A stretch of DNA of 64,000 nucleotides from Eledone cirrhosa (lineage: Eukaryota). Positions 1-12,050 of the stretch are shown piece after piece (the stretch's first letter is position 1; each line of letters starts with the position of its first letter). Both the position numbers and the translations under genes were made by a program. The notes beneath the pieces were generated by a model. The model had not been told where the DNA came from. It did no database searches and was given only the letters and a program-made list of their open reading frames with translations. Location of the stretch: contig OZ024763.1 in NCBI GenBank assembly GCA_964016885.1, positions 25,916,001 through 25,980,000 on the forward strand. Direction: 5' to 3'.

Positions 1-373
1 CATCGTCTTTCTAATTCGCGACAAACACGAATATTCTCTGTGTCTAGAGAGAAATATTTAAGGGAGGCAACTCCGTGTTAATTACCGAGACAATCCATAT
101 TTCAAATATATATTTTAATTTCCGAAGTTCATACTTGTATATAAATAACATTACAAAATGAAAAATATAAACACATATAATAAATACAATTAATTATTGC
201 TAGGAATCTCGCAAATACAAACACTTATAATAAATATAACCTTTGTGATGTGATGTGTGGACGATTGTCGCACTTGGTGGTGAATTGATGGTCGTTTTTG
301 TTTTTGCTCCCCCCACTTATTTTCTCTTTTATGCCTTTATATGTGTTTATCAACGACATTATATTTGTAATAA

Positions 374-560
374 GGGCGGGGAATTGGCAGTATCGGTAGA
401 GGGTCGGACATGCTTTCCAGCATAGTTACGTCCCTTTACGATCTGAGTTCAATTCCCGCCGAGGTTAACTTTGCCTTTCATCCTTACGGGGTCGATAAAA
501 TAAAGTACCAGTAATGTACTAGGATAATTGCTCGCCTTGTGCCAAAAGTAGAAACAATTA
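374..560 (+). mobile_element. tRNA-derived SINE family 1 (Meta-domain-like core)
   Basis: A-box-like TGGCAGTATCGGTAGA, B-box GAGTTCAATTCCC, core GCCTTTCATCCTTACGGGGTCGATAAAATAAAGTACCAG. Further copies at about 3235-3420(+), 3700-3890(-), 13820-14050(+), 14050-14237(-), 15280-15510(+), 15538-15730(+), 22880-22950(-), 44858-44933(+), 47697-47840(+), 55033-55220(+), 55230-55435(+), 55950-56130(+). Confidence 0.85.
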
Positions 561-1451
561 TATTTGTAATATTCTTCTGAAAGAATTGCGAGCAATTTAT
601 AATGTTATTTCCACATAACTACAATAGTAATAGATGTGGAGGGCATTGTTGAAGTAGAGTTAACTGTTCAATTATTTCAATAATAACAGAATTAATTATT
701 TCAAGGGACATAAGTCTAGATTTACATAAATACAATTCATTATTGCTAAGGAAACTCACAAATATAAAACAATCGATAGACAAAATCCCTGACCTCATTC
801 GCTTAACGAGTTGTGTAGAGCTCGTCAAATTGGTCTTTCCAATTGCTAATACTATCTACCTGTTGCAAATCCAGACATAAGGAGCAACGTGAAATAAAGT
901 GTCTTGTCCAAAGACGTAACGCATCTATCGTTCGGGGAATCGACCTTACAACAACACGATTACGAATCTAATTCTCTAACCACTAAGCGTCTTCCACAAA
1001 TATAAACACATATAATAAATACAAATAATTATTGCTAGGAACCTTAGAAATACAAATACAGATAATAATTACAATTAATCATAGCTAGGAACCTCACAAA
1101 TGTAAGGCACAAAAATATATGATCAAAGCGAAATGAAAGGAAAAAAATAACAAGCAAAAAGCAGCATGGTCCCAGCCTGTCGTCTGTAACACGAAATAGA
1201 GAAAATTAATTGACAATCGGTCACACATCACAACGAAGGGTCATCTTCTCAAATGTAAATAGTACTAGATACTTCCCCTAGTTTGTCGTGCCTTACTAGC
1301 TTTATACAGACGTTTAAATTGATTAAATAAATACACACACACACACACCCACTATATATATATATGTAGGGGGTGAGTTTTATTGTAGTACAATAAAGCA
1401 ATGCAGATATCGGATAAGTAGCACTCTACAGTTTGTAGGACTGGAGTATAA

Positions 1452-1715
1452 ATAATATATAAGATCAAAAGATGGTTAAAAGAGTTCCATGTATTTTATT
1501 ATGCGCATTTCAATGCAATAACATTTGCGTTTTCGTCAGATAAAATAGGGAGACATGATATGAAGGTTAAAACACACTTGAAGACTGCACTATTCACAAG
1601 TGTGTTTTAACCTTCATATCATGTCTCCCTATTTTATCTGACGAAAACGCAAATGTTATTGCATTCAAATACGCATAATAAAATACATGGAACTCTTTTA
1701 ACCATCTTTTGATCT

Positions 1716-1725
<10 letters not shown>
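1452..1725. mobile_element. Fold-back element (~129-bp inverted arms, 16-bp loop), probable Penelope-like pLTR remnant
   Basis: Arms 1452-1580 and 1597-1725 are near-perfect reverse complements. Each carries a hammerhead motif, and the element abuts (TA)n. Confidence 0.75.
1492..1547 (-). ncRNA. Type I hammerhead ribozyme motif (PLE-type, palindromic helix III)
   Basis: Minus strand reads TATTTTAT-CTGACGA-AAACGCAA(ATGTTA)TTGCATT-GAAA-TGCGCA-TA-ATAAAATA, with an 8-bp helix I. Confidence 0.78.
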
Positions 1726-1746
<21 letters not shown>

Positions 1747-1984
1747 GTAATAATAATAAATGTGAAGACTAAAATCCGAAGGGGGCTCAATAAGGATAAT
1801 ATATAAATATTTCAGAAGATCCCATTTAGAATGAAAGCAGTGATTCTTTGCTTAAACTTTAATCTGTTATTTTAATATATATATTGGTGGTCTTTTGCCA
1901 AGAATAAGTATTTACTTAAAAATTCATAGCGAATGGTCTTCAAAATGTTTTTAATTAAACATACAGTATATTATCGCATATACT

Positions 1985-2020
<36 letters not shown>

Positions 2021-2353
2021 GATAGCTTTAACTCGATTTTGAGTTATGCTATCGCTTGATACTTAAGCATGAGTATCATGGACATGGCTTTTTAGTCCTG
2101 CTAGGGGCTTGCCTATGGCCAGCAATACCATGCATTGCAAAAAATGTCACACATTAAGTGATAGCTGTGTTTGAAGCTTTTTTAAGTGACGAAATGCATT
2201 GCATGGAGCCAATCCCACTCTCTGAACATCGAACACATTTGCCCCCAAAAGAACTGGTCTACATGACTGTATGTAAACGAAGTCACAGGTTTTATATCAG
2301 AGTGAACTTCTTTTAGAAAGATGTCTTAATGAAGACTAGGAGACTCTCACTCC

Positions 2354-2402
<49 letters not shown>

Positions 2403-2419
2403 AATACATAATATATATG

Positions 2420-2872
2420 ATGATGCCTGTGTGAGGAGCATGATGCTGCATGGTAGTGAGACTTGGGCAGCAACTGCAGAGGATATGCGACGGCTGGAGA
2501 GAAATGAGGCAAGCATGCTCCGTTGGATGTGCAATGTCAATGTACGTGAACGACCCAGCATGGATGTGTTGAGAGGGAAACTGTGTCTGAGAGGGATAGA
2601 ATGTAGTGTGCGAGAGAGGAGACTGCGGTGGTATGGACATGTGATGCACATGGAGGATGACCGATGAGTGAAGAAATGCCAGTTGAAGGAAGACGTGGTA
2701 GAGGTAGACCACGAAAAACATGGGCAGAGGTGGTGAGAACAGACCTCAGATCGCTGAAGCTCACGGTGGAGATGACGAAGGACCGTGACAAGTGGAGAGA
2801 TGCTGTGCTGAATAGGACCTGTCCTACTCTTGCAAGCAAGTAAAAGCGGACGTAAAATGATGATGATGATGA
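2420..2872 (+). mobile_element. RTE-clade LINE 3' fragment
   Basis: MLHGSETWA...RRLERNEASMLRWMC...[14 protein letters not shown] followed by a GRGRPRKTW-like frame, with a (ATG)n tail. Confidence 0.85.
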
Positions 2873-3699
2873 TTACTGTAGTTTCTGTTTACAAGATTCA
2901 TTCACAAGCTATAGGGAGTTACAACTGAGTAGTCACAGAATCATTAAACAAGATTTAAATGTTCAGTCTTGTAAGATAAAAACACCCTCACCTCATCTCC
3001 CCACCCTCTTCAGCTACTTATAGCCAGTAGAGCACTCTAGTCACTCGGAGATTTTCTAGTAGGGACTATGGAAAGACGAGACATCTGATACTGTCTGTCT
3101 CTGTCACTGAACTCTACTTCTGTATTGAGTACACATTCTCGCATCCATCAACATCACACAAATGAAACAGTTCTAGTCCTGTAGAAGCCATTTCTATATT
3201 AAATTTTATATATATATATCATCATCATTATCATGTGGATTGGCAGTATCGGTAGAGTGTCGGACGCCATGCTTTCCAGCATAGTTACGTCCCTTTACGA
3301 TCTGAGTTCAAATCCCGCCGAGGTTGACTTTGCCTTTCATCCTTACGGGGTCGATAAAATAAAGTACCAGTAATGCACTGGGTAATTGCTGGCCTTGTGC
3401 CTAAAGTAAAATCAATTATCATTTAACGTCCATCTTCCATGCTAGCATGGGTTAGACGGGTTTGTCCCAATTGAGGCAAGATTGGTCAGGTGACCGTGTC
3501 TCGCTCGTATAGGACTGTATCTGGCAGGTTTTCTACGGCTGGAAACCCTTATTAAAACCAACCACATTTACAATGTGGACTGGGAGCCTTTTTACCGTGT
3601 CTCCTACTCGACCTCTTTACAGAGTGGACTGGATGTTCTGTGGTACCAACATAACTTTACAGAGAAAGGGTGGTGTCGGAGGATGGAATAGGTATAGTA

Positions 3700-3890
3700 A
3701 TAATTGTTTCTACTTTAGGCACAAGGCCAGCAATTACCCAGTACATTACTGGTACTTTATTTTATCGACCCCGTAAGGATGAAAGTAAAAGTTAACCTCG
3801 GCGGGATTTGAACTCAGAATGGCAAGGGCCGTAACTATGCGTCAAAGCATGGTGTCCGACCCTCTACCGATACTGCCAATCCACCGCCCA
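3700..3890 (-). mobile_element. SINE family 1 copy
   Basis: Reverse complement of 374-560. Confidence 0.85.
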
Positions 3891-4026
3891 TAGGTATAGT
3901 AATAATATATATAAATTTCAAAATCATAGAATATTCAAGGCATTGTCAAACTGACATCTCTCTCTGCCAACCTAAACTCATCCTAGGGCCATAATATTAC
4001 AATTTTATATATATTTTTATATATAT

Positions 4027-4059
<33 letters not shown>

Positions 4060-4082
4060 AAGTAAGTACTTAATGCATACGT

Positions 4083-4113
<31 letters not shown>

Positions 4114-4114
<1 letters not shown>

Positions 4115-4453
4115 GGAGGCACATGGCTTAGTGGTTAGAGCATTGGGCTTGCAATCGAAAGGTTGTGAGTTCAATTCTCAGACCAGGTGATGTGTTGTTT
4201 CCTTGAACAAGACACTTTATTTTACATTGCTCCAGTTTACTCAGCTGTAGAAATGAGATGATAGGGACTGGGGTCCCTATCATTCCACTGCAAAGTAGTC
4301 GTGGAGGTGCCATGGCAAAAAAGAACCCAGCCCTCACTGTAAATGAGGTTGGTGTTAGGAAGGGCATCCAGCTGTAGAAATCAAGCCAGAATCAGTTCCC
4401 GTCCCACCCTTGCAAGCAGGGAAAAAGCGGACGTAAAATGATGATGATGATGA
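4114..4453 (+). mobile_element. tRNA-derived SINE family 2 with RTE-LINE-like 3' tail and (ATG)n end
   Basis: Head GGAGGCACATGGCTTAGTGGTTAGAGCA...GAGTTCAATTCTC, tail CCCTTGCAAGCAGGGAAAAAGCGGACGTAAAATGATGATG. Other copies at about 9020-9360(-), 20340-20540(-), 20572-20913(-), 23022-23290(+), 50722-51058(+), 51836-52187(+), 57660-57840(+). Confidence 0.85.
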
Positions 4454-4713
4454 TATATATATCCAGGGAGTGTAATGTGGAGTTACTGTAGGTTCACCCG
4501 GGTGAGCACTCGATGTTTAGGTTCACTTCTGTGTCAAGGTGTAGAGCTGTACAGAGTGTAATATAATAATATAAGGACGAATGGTTACTCCTTCATTACG
4601 TTTATTGATTGGTGACGCGTGTTTCTCTACTAATCAGCTCAAGATTCGATCTAGCCCGACTCTGGGCTATATATATATACATATCTGAGTATATATATAT
4701 AAATATATATATG

Positions 4714-4925
4714 TAGGAACGAGTAGGACCCCGACGGCTGAGCTCAAACCGTTTTGACGGCTAATTCCGGACTAAAAAAAAAAAGTCCAGAATTAGCCAT
4801 CGAAACCACTTGAGCTCAGCCGTCGGGGTCCTACTCGTTCCTATTACCCACTCTACTACCCTAAGTATTGAGTACTTTGGTGCGTTATGGTCCATCTGGT
4901 TCCTTACCACATTTCCTTCGTTATA
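4714..4925 (+). mobile_element. Fold-back element with asymmetric tail (PLE pLTR-like); inverted copy at 23706-23888, partial copy at ~10345-10415
   Basis: TAGGAACGAGTAGGACCCCGACGGCTGAGCTC... palindrome plus an ~80-bp unique tail, flanked by (TA)n. Confidence 0.7.
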
Positions 4926-5689
4926 TATATATATGTATATACATATCTGTATAGATATATATGTACACACATATATATATATATATATATAGATATATAT
5001 ATATATATACACACCCATATATACATATATGTACATATGGGTTATATCAAACATTAATAATAATGTTCGATTCGTTTGTAAACAAACGAGCCCAATTAGA
5101 AGCTGTGCCGTGCCGATGATCGGTGGTCACCTGTTTGTTCAACACTGGCTTTGAGGAACAATCAACATGTTTCTGGGTCATTACCCTTCATCTGAACTCT
5201 ATACCATTCTGCCAATGTGTTAGAGTGAGAAATAAAATTCTTATTTTATTTATATATATATATATAAAAGTAAACGAGATATCATCTAAGGTTGTAGCGG
5301 CACTACCATACCTCGCAATAACAATATTTCATGTGCGATTTGGTTAAAGAAACCAATCATATAGATTGCGCATGAATACATTGTTGCTTCCGTCTAGTAA
5401 ACTTTCTAGTTCATGAGAGATAGATTCTGATGCTAAGATGAGAAGGCATACTACACAATAGTACATACCATATTCTTTGTACCTTCCTGTGAAGAGCTAC
5501 TGAATATTATCAACGAGATGTATTCAATATTTCCTGTATTGTTCTGGTATGGAATGTTATCTCCAAAGATGTATTCAACATTTCCTGTATTGTTCTAGAA
5601 AGTTTCTTTCTAGCCTCACCCTACTGGCTAGTCACTGCTTTCATTTTTATATCCTCCTGTGTGTATATATATTTGGCCTACAAACAATA

Positions 5690-5912
5690 AAAAGGATTGA
5701 TCGACTTTCGTCACATCGGACCAAGGAAACAATGTTTTCGTTGGTCTTTCCAGTTGCTAGTACTATCTATTGGTCGCAACTCTAGGTAGAAGGAGCAATG
5801 TGAAATAAAGTGTCTTGCTGAAGAAGATAACACATCGCCCAGTCCAAGAATCGAACTCACAACCTCAAAAATGTGAATCCAATTCTCTAACCACTCAGCC
5901 ACACGCCTTCAC
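5690..5912 (-). mobile_element. tRNA-derived SINE family 3; other copies at about 770-998(-), 44150-44380(-), 44525-44630(+), 57925-58090(+)
   Basis: tRNA-like head (GTGGCTGAGTGGTTAGAGAATTGG...GAGTTCGATTC on minus) plus body GGAAAGACCAACGAAAACATTGTTTCCTTGGTCCGAT. Confidence 0.72.
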
Positions 5913-6619
5913 AAACATACAAATGTTTATATAACAAATCGAGTGTTTGAAGACATAATTATTTATACATGGATATCAGAAGCCTGTCATTGCAAGTATA
6001 AAGGAAAAACCATACTGACTAAGATATTTCCGCGAAGCCTTATCTTACAAAGATTAAATTATACCTTTATGCGTGATACAGCAAGTGTCGATAAATGTTT
6101 CAACTTGTAATTACTGAAAAGTATTAATAGGCATTTAACACTCCTTTCTGTTATAAGGTTACCTAAGCTCAGGTTACAAGTAATCTGTACCGAGGATTAT
6201 TTCAGCATACAGTGGTAGTTGACTCAGTAGGACGTTTATTTAGTTAGGTTTTTCGGAAAGTAGATTCCTGAAAGTTCCATCATTAATAGTTCTTGGAGTA
6301 GTAATAACAGTGTTTTGTGTATTTAAAATCGAATTTCACAATAGCCAATCAACTATTGATAGTGGTTTCAAGACATAATTAATTGCTTGTCAGGTGACGA
6401 AACATATGTTAATGCTTGGAATAAAACCCTATTATATCACTTATCCATGTTAATCATCCTTTTGCCTGTGATATATATATATATATAGTTACAATTTGTT
6501 TCCAAACCAAAGAATTTAAAGAGTTCAAGGCATTTAATTATGGCTCTGCATGAACAGATCATTGCATTGAGCTAAAAAAGCAATTAGTAAACCAGTAAAA
6601 TTTACTATTATATATATAA

Positions 6620-7405
6620 AGGCAGGTTGTATGATGCCTGCATACGAACAGCAATGTTACATGGCAGTGAGACCTGGGCATTGTGTGCAGAGGATATACG
6701 CAGACCGGAGAGGAACGAAGCTTGCATGCTCCGCTGGATGTGTAATACTAATATACGTGAACGGCAAAGCATAAACGAACTAAGGGAAAAATTAGAAATA
6801 AGAGGGATCAGATGTTGTTTACTCGAGAGAAGACTACGTTGGTATGGTCACGTGATGCGCATGAAAGACGACAGCTGTATAAAAAAGTGCAGGGCGATAA
6901 AAATAGACGGTAGGCAGACCCAGAAAAACCTGGGACGACTTGATAAATTCCGACCTCACACACTTACACCTCTCCAAGACAATGTCACTGGACCGAGATC
7001 TTTGGCGCTACACAGTAATACAGAAGACCCACCTTACCTAAGTACAAAGTGAAACCTACTACAGTCAGTAGGCACCTCTAACAAAATACACCCCCACCCC
7101 ATCCACACCACCCCTTTCAATGTAAAGTTATGTTGGTACCACAACATCCAGTCCGAAACAAATGAGGTCGTGTAGGTGTCACGACAAAAAAACACACAGT
7201 CCACGCTGTAATGTGGCCGTGTAGGCAACACGGTAAAAACCTCCCAGTTTCCACACTGTAAATGTGGTTGGTGTTAGGAAGGGCATCCAGCCGTAGAAAA
7301 CCCGCCAGACAGTCCTATGCGAGCAAGACAACCACTCTTGCCTCAAGTGGGAAAACTCCCGCCCAAACCCATGCAAGTGTGGAAGATGGACGTTAAATGA
7401 TGATG
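6620..7405 (+). mobile_element. RTE LINE 3' fragment fused to a SINE-like tail (composite element)
   Basis: LYDACIRTAMLHGSETW...[13 protein letters not shown], then a non-coding segment ending CCCATGCAAGTGTGGAAGATGGACGTTAAATGATGATGA. Confidence 0.8.
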
Positions 7406-7419
7406 ATATATATATGCCT

Positions 7420-7685
7420 AAAGCCAGAAGGCTCATTTGGCCGGTGCTTATACCAGTTTCATAGCGTGAAGCATCTAAGAGTACAAGACTTTCCCCTGGA
7501 CAGGACACCAGTCCATCACAGGATTGAACCCCCAGCTATTGCTGCTACTCACTTTCAGCTGAGTATACTGGAGCAACATGAAATGAAATATTTTGCTCAA
7601 GAACAGAACACGCAACCCAGGAATCGAACCCACGACATTATGATTCTAAGTCCAACACCTTTACCACTAGGTCATGTGCCTCCAC
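7420..7685 (-). mobile_element. tRNA-derived SINE family 4; second copy at 24580-24823
   Basis: Head GGAGGCACATGACCTAGTGGTAAAGG...GGTTCGATTCCTGGG on minus. The body AAGCCAGAAGGCTCATTTGGCCGGTGCTTAT is shared with 24580-24823. Confidence 0.72.
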
Positions 7686-9019
7686 TATATATATATCATC
7701 ATCATCGATTAATATCTATCTTTCACACTAGCATGAGTTTGACGGATTTGTCCCAATTAGAGGCAAGTTGGATTGGGTAACTGTGTCTCACTCATATAGG
7801 AGTGTTTCTGCCTGATTTTCTACAACTGGATGCCCTTCCTAACACCAACCACATTGACAGTGTGTGCAGGGTGCTTTTTGCTGTGTCTTTTACACGTCCA
7901 CTTTATAGTGTGGGCTGGGTGCTTTGTCGTGACACCTACACAATCACTTTACAGTATGGAGTGGATGTTTTGTGGTACCAGCATAATATATATATATAAA
8001 GGCATACACATATATATATCATCAACCTCGTCGTTTAATGTCCATCATTCATGGGTAGGACGGGTTGACCCTTAGGGAAAAAAACAGGTCAAAGGACCAT
8101 GTTTAGCTCACCTGGGGCAGATTTTGGCTTGGTTTCTACAGCTGAGTGCCCTTCCTACCGCCAACCTTTAGCATTTATATTACTCTCTATATATTATTGT
8201 ATTTTTGTGGTAAAGATTTTACATCACATAATATCGAATCTACGAGATTTTGATGTTATTTATTTTGAGAACAATACCTTAACATAAGTATGAGCAGCTT
8301 ATTACGACCAGTTCAAACAGAAAGAGGAGAGAGAATTCTGGCCGGATATGGCCGGTTTAAATGCTAAAGGGTTAAAATAATTGACAACCAAAAACGTACT
8401 TCAAATCATTTTATTAATGTTTACATGCATTTCAACTTCAATATGAGCACATAATACTAAGGCCTCATCAAGACATACATATATATATGTATATATATAT
8501 ATATAAAATATGTTTATAGTTGATAAACAAAACAAAACAAACACAGGGATGCAAAAATACAAAGTCTTATTTGATTCACGCTTAGAGGAAGTGAAGGTCA
8601 GATTGAGGTCCTTCGTCAAGAAAGTTCAGATTGGGAGAGAACAGGTAGGGACATGAAATCTGAGCAGGGGCTAACCCCATTTAAAGGTACTCAATACATT
8701 GGTAAATATAGGTAGCTTTATTATATATACAAATGAAACAGTTCATATATATATATATATATATATATAGTGTATATATATATATATACACATATACTAT
8801 ATATATACGTCCAAACCCATGCAAGCGTGGAAGATGGACGTTAAACAATGATGGTGATGATGATGATACACACACATATATATATATTATATACATATAT
8901 ATATATATATACACACACATATCAGTTCCCGTATGAACAAGATAAGGACAGCCAACCGGACACTGCCCACAACAGGACAACCCGTCTAACCCATGCTAGC
9001 GTGGAAGAACGGATGTAAA

Positions 9020-9360
9020 ACATCATCATCATTTCATTTTACGTCCACTTTTCCCTGCTTGCAAGGGTGGGACGGGAACTGATTCTGGCTTGATTTCTAC
9101 AGCTGGATGCCCTTCCTAACACCAACCTCATTTACAGTGAGTGCTGGGTGCTCTTTTGCCGTGGCACCTCCACAACCACTTTGCACTGGAATGATATGGC
9201 CCCAGTCCCTATCATCTCATTTCTACAGCTGAGTAAACTGGAGCAATGTGAAATAAAGTGTCTTGCTCAAGGAAACAACACATCACCCGGTCTGAGAATT
9301 GAACTCACAACCTTTCGATTGCAAAGCCAATGCTCTAACCACTAAGCTATGGGCCTCCAT
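9020..9360 (-). mobile_element. SINE family 2 copy
   Basis: Reverse complement of 4114-4453. Confidence 0.85.
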
Positions 9361-9476
9361 ATATATAATTCTATCTATCTATCTATCTATCTATTTGTTT
9401 TATTTTATTTTTCTAGTGCATTGTATGGCTTTCAAAATTATTTAAATTTGTGTTTCATATATATATATATATATAA

Positions 9477-9551
9477 AATTCATTCTGATGATTGAAGGCA
9501 GACGTCTGTGCCAAGCTCGTCTGTCTCCGTGAAACCTTTGGTAAATGAATT
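9477..9551 (+). ncRNA. Type I hammerhead ribozyme motif
   Basis: AATTCATT-CTGATGA-TTGAAGGCAGACG...CGTCTGTCTCCGT-GAAA-CCTTTGG-TA-AATGAATT. Perfect 8-bp helix I and a GUA site at 9541-9543. Confidence 0.8.
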
Positions 9552-10411
9552 AATTATCTTATGTTGCTTATTACATAACTATATATATATATATTAGTAT
9601 TGGTGCTCTGAAATAGTGATGTATACATAAATGTATGTATAGTATATTTGGCAATATACTGTATGTTTAATTAAAAACATTTAGAAGACCATTCACTATG
9701 AGTTTTAAAGTAGTGACTACGTCACTTACTTAGTCTCGGCAAAGACAACAGAGAATATATATATATATACTTTATAAATAACAATAAAAGAGTGTTTAAA
9801 GCATTAAATGTTTTAAAGACTGTTTAAAAGAGTTATAAATATATAATATACTTGTTATTTTACATTGAGCTATTCTCATACTTGTAACTGGGTAATATTT
9901 ATTATTACCGACATTATATATATATATATATATATATGAAACACAAATTTAAATAATTTTGAAAGCCATACAATGCACTAGAAAAATAAAATTGCAAAGA
10001 TAACAATAAAATCTTACCTTAGCAAATTTAATAATCTCAAATATTTTCGGGTTTAAAAACCCATTATCAAGGGAGCATCCTTGTGTGGGTCTTAAAGGAT
10101 CAAAAGGAGATGAGTGGTTAGGAGAGCAGATTACATTAAACTTAAATCTGCCTTCCTAACAAATCCTGAAAAATTAATAAGTAGAGAAGTGGGGGGAGGG
10201 GGTGATTATTCAAGACCTGAGAGTATTATACATGTGAAATTGGTGTTATTTGACAGCATAACAGGAAGAAAACTCAAATATTTTGGACATTTGGCGTATG
10301 GGTGATGCCAGATGTACAATAACATGTGTGGAGGAAGTGAGACTAGTTTTCGACAGTCAGAACTAGCTGTCGAAACGGCCGGAGCTCAGCCGTCAGGGAC
10401 CTGACTCTTTT

Positions 10412-10447
<36 letters not shown>

Positions 10448-10633
10448 CATACAGAGAGAGAGAGGCAGGGTTCGTGTGGAGTGGGGAAAAGAGTTTGAGC
10501 ATTTGAAATGTAACAGAGTCACAGAAGCGATCGTTTTGATAATAAACGCCGTGAGAACAATATTACAAGTGGAACCAGCACCATCACCGCCGCCAACAGC
10601 ATACACCACCAATCGATCCATCTTACCATTAGA

Positions 10634-11194
10634 TCACTTAACATCAAGATTCTTTAAGTCATTTACAAGATCGAGCCGACCGTTTTTGCGGAGTATTTCG
10701 TTTAACTCGTCAATCATGTCACACTTCTTCGATCCTCGGTTCGATTTCCACTTTCTCAAGCAGGTGTAGATCTGTTCACGAACACCCTGGTGTTCAGCAA
10801 CAACCTGGCTAATATAAGTATCTTTCACTCCCAGTTCGCGAACGATGAATTTCCAGGTTTGTGCTTCTAGATTTTCGGACAAATATAAAATAACTTCGTC
10901 GATAAACGTTGACGAATTTGTCAGTGATTCCGGTAATGTTCCGTATTCTTTAAAATGTTCCACGTAATCTGCAAGAGATTTCAAGTTGCAAGCGTGAAGG
11001 ATTTCTTTTAAATAATCCAGGTTATCAATAGATAATTTGTTCTTTTCTTCAAGGACTGTGAAAAGATCGATGGCTGTACTTATATCTTCCCGTGATCTTG
11101 CTGGTAATTTGCAGTGAAACAGAAGATTTTTCAAGTCATCCTTTGTAATATCTGAGCCGACATTTAAAAGCATTTTTGTATATAAATCATCCAT
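10634..11194 (-). CDS. FADD: FADD-like adaptor protein (N-terminal death effector domain + C-terminal death domain), 186 aa, single coding exon
   Basis: The ORF from ATG 11194 (MDDLYTKMLLNVGSDITKDDLKNLLFHCK...DLFTVLEEKNKLSIDNLDYLKEILH) has the DED pattern. The C-terminal half (YLSENLEAQTWKFIVRELGVKDTYISQV...REQIYTCLRKWK...LNEILRKNGRLDLVNDL) has the death-domain pattern. The 39 upstream in-frame codons of the ORF track are low-complexity and likely UTR. Confidence 0.88.
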   Translation of the reverse strand: MDDLYTKMLLNVGSDITKDDLKNLLFHCKLPARSREDISTAIDLFTVLEEKNKLSIDNLDYLKEILHACNLKSLADYVEHFKEYGTLPESLTNSSTFIDEVILYLSENLEAQTWKFIVRELGVKDTYISQVVAEHQGVREQIYTCLRKWKSNRGSKKCDMIDELNEILRKNGRLDLVNDLKNLDVK

Positions 11195-11366
11195 GATCTG
11201 TCTATGTGTATGTGTGTCTCTCTCGCCTTCTCTCTGTATTACTAGAAGAAGACGAAGAAGAAAAAGAAGTATTAAACTTAGAAAGAAGAAGTGAAAGTTA
11301 AAATAGAACAAACATTAAACAAACACGCATTTTTTTTGGATATAATGAAGAAATTACAACACGTTT

Positions 11367-11373
11367 ACTTCCG
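11367..11373 (-). promoter_or_regulatory. ETS/GABP-like motif (CGGAAGT) in the putative FADD promoter
   Basis: ACTTCCG about 175 bp upstream of the FADD ATG, between divergent genes. A short motif that could be chance. Confidence 0.3.
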
Positions 11374-11986
11374 AGTTGCGCCAGTGGTTCCCAACCTTTT
11401 GTGCCTCATCTCAACATCTCAAACATTTTTATGCCCCACTTTGATATAAAAACAGCGATGATCAACAACAAAGTGTAAAGAAATTGGCGTATGGGTGATG
11501 CCAGATGTACAATAACATATGTGGAGGAGGTGAGACAAGAGTTTCCGACAGTCATTTGTTCCAAAGTTGCCTTCGTGTAAAAGTAATAAGGTAAAACCTG
11601 AAGTTTGCTCTCATTAACATCATTTTCAAATTGCTCCTTCCCTCCGCCTTTGAATTTTCAAATCACTCCTCGATGGAGCGTGAGCGCTAAGTTCGGAACC
11701 ACTGGAGATGGCGATCGTTGCCATCGGCCCTTCATCGTTTCTGAGAATATTTCATGTTCTGTAAATTCCTCATTTATGCCGGCACCTCTGCTGGCCGATA
11801 AGACCGATTTTTGCAAAGAAAAAATAATTGTTAAAAAAAGAAAACAAAACAAGGAAAGAATAATAAATCTAAACAAAACAAAACAAAAAAACTTTTTTTA
11901 AAATCACTACCACAATAGTAACTATATCTATATCTATATATATATCTATATATATATCTATATATATATCTATATATATATATATA

Positions 11987-12050
<64 letters not shown>

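Noticed and set aside
2128-2196. Hammerhead candidate (GTGACGAAATGCATTGCATGG); similar partial cases near 4605-4625, 6395-6412 and 8600-8625
   Set aside because: One half of the catalytic core is missing or unrecognisable, so these were not counted.
4114-4190. tRNA genes at SINE heads
   Set aside because: A and B boxes are present, but they continue into SINE bodies in many copies and no full cloverleaf is evident.
10250-10292. ORF 10114-10305 with RKLKYFGH
   Set aside because: Only a tiny RTE/BovB-like remnant and not a gene.
11195-11311. 39-aa N-terminal extension of FADD in the ORF track
   Set aside because: Non-ATG start and low complexity. The DED begins at Met 11194.
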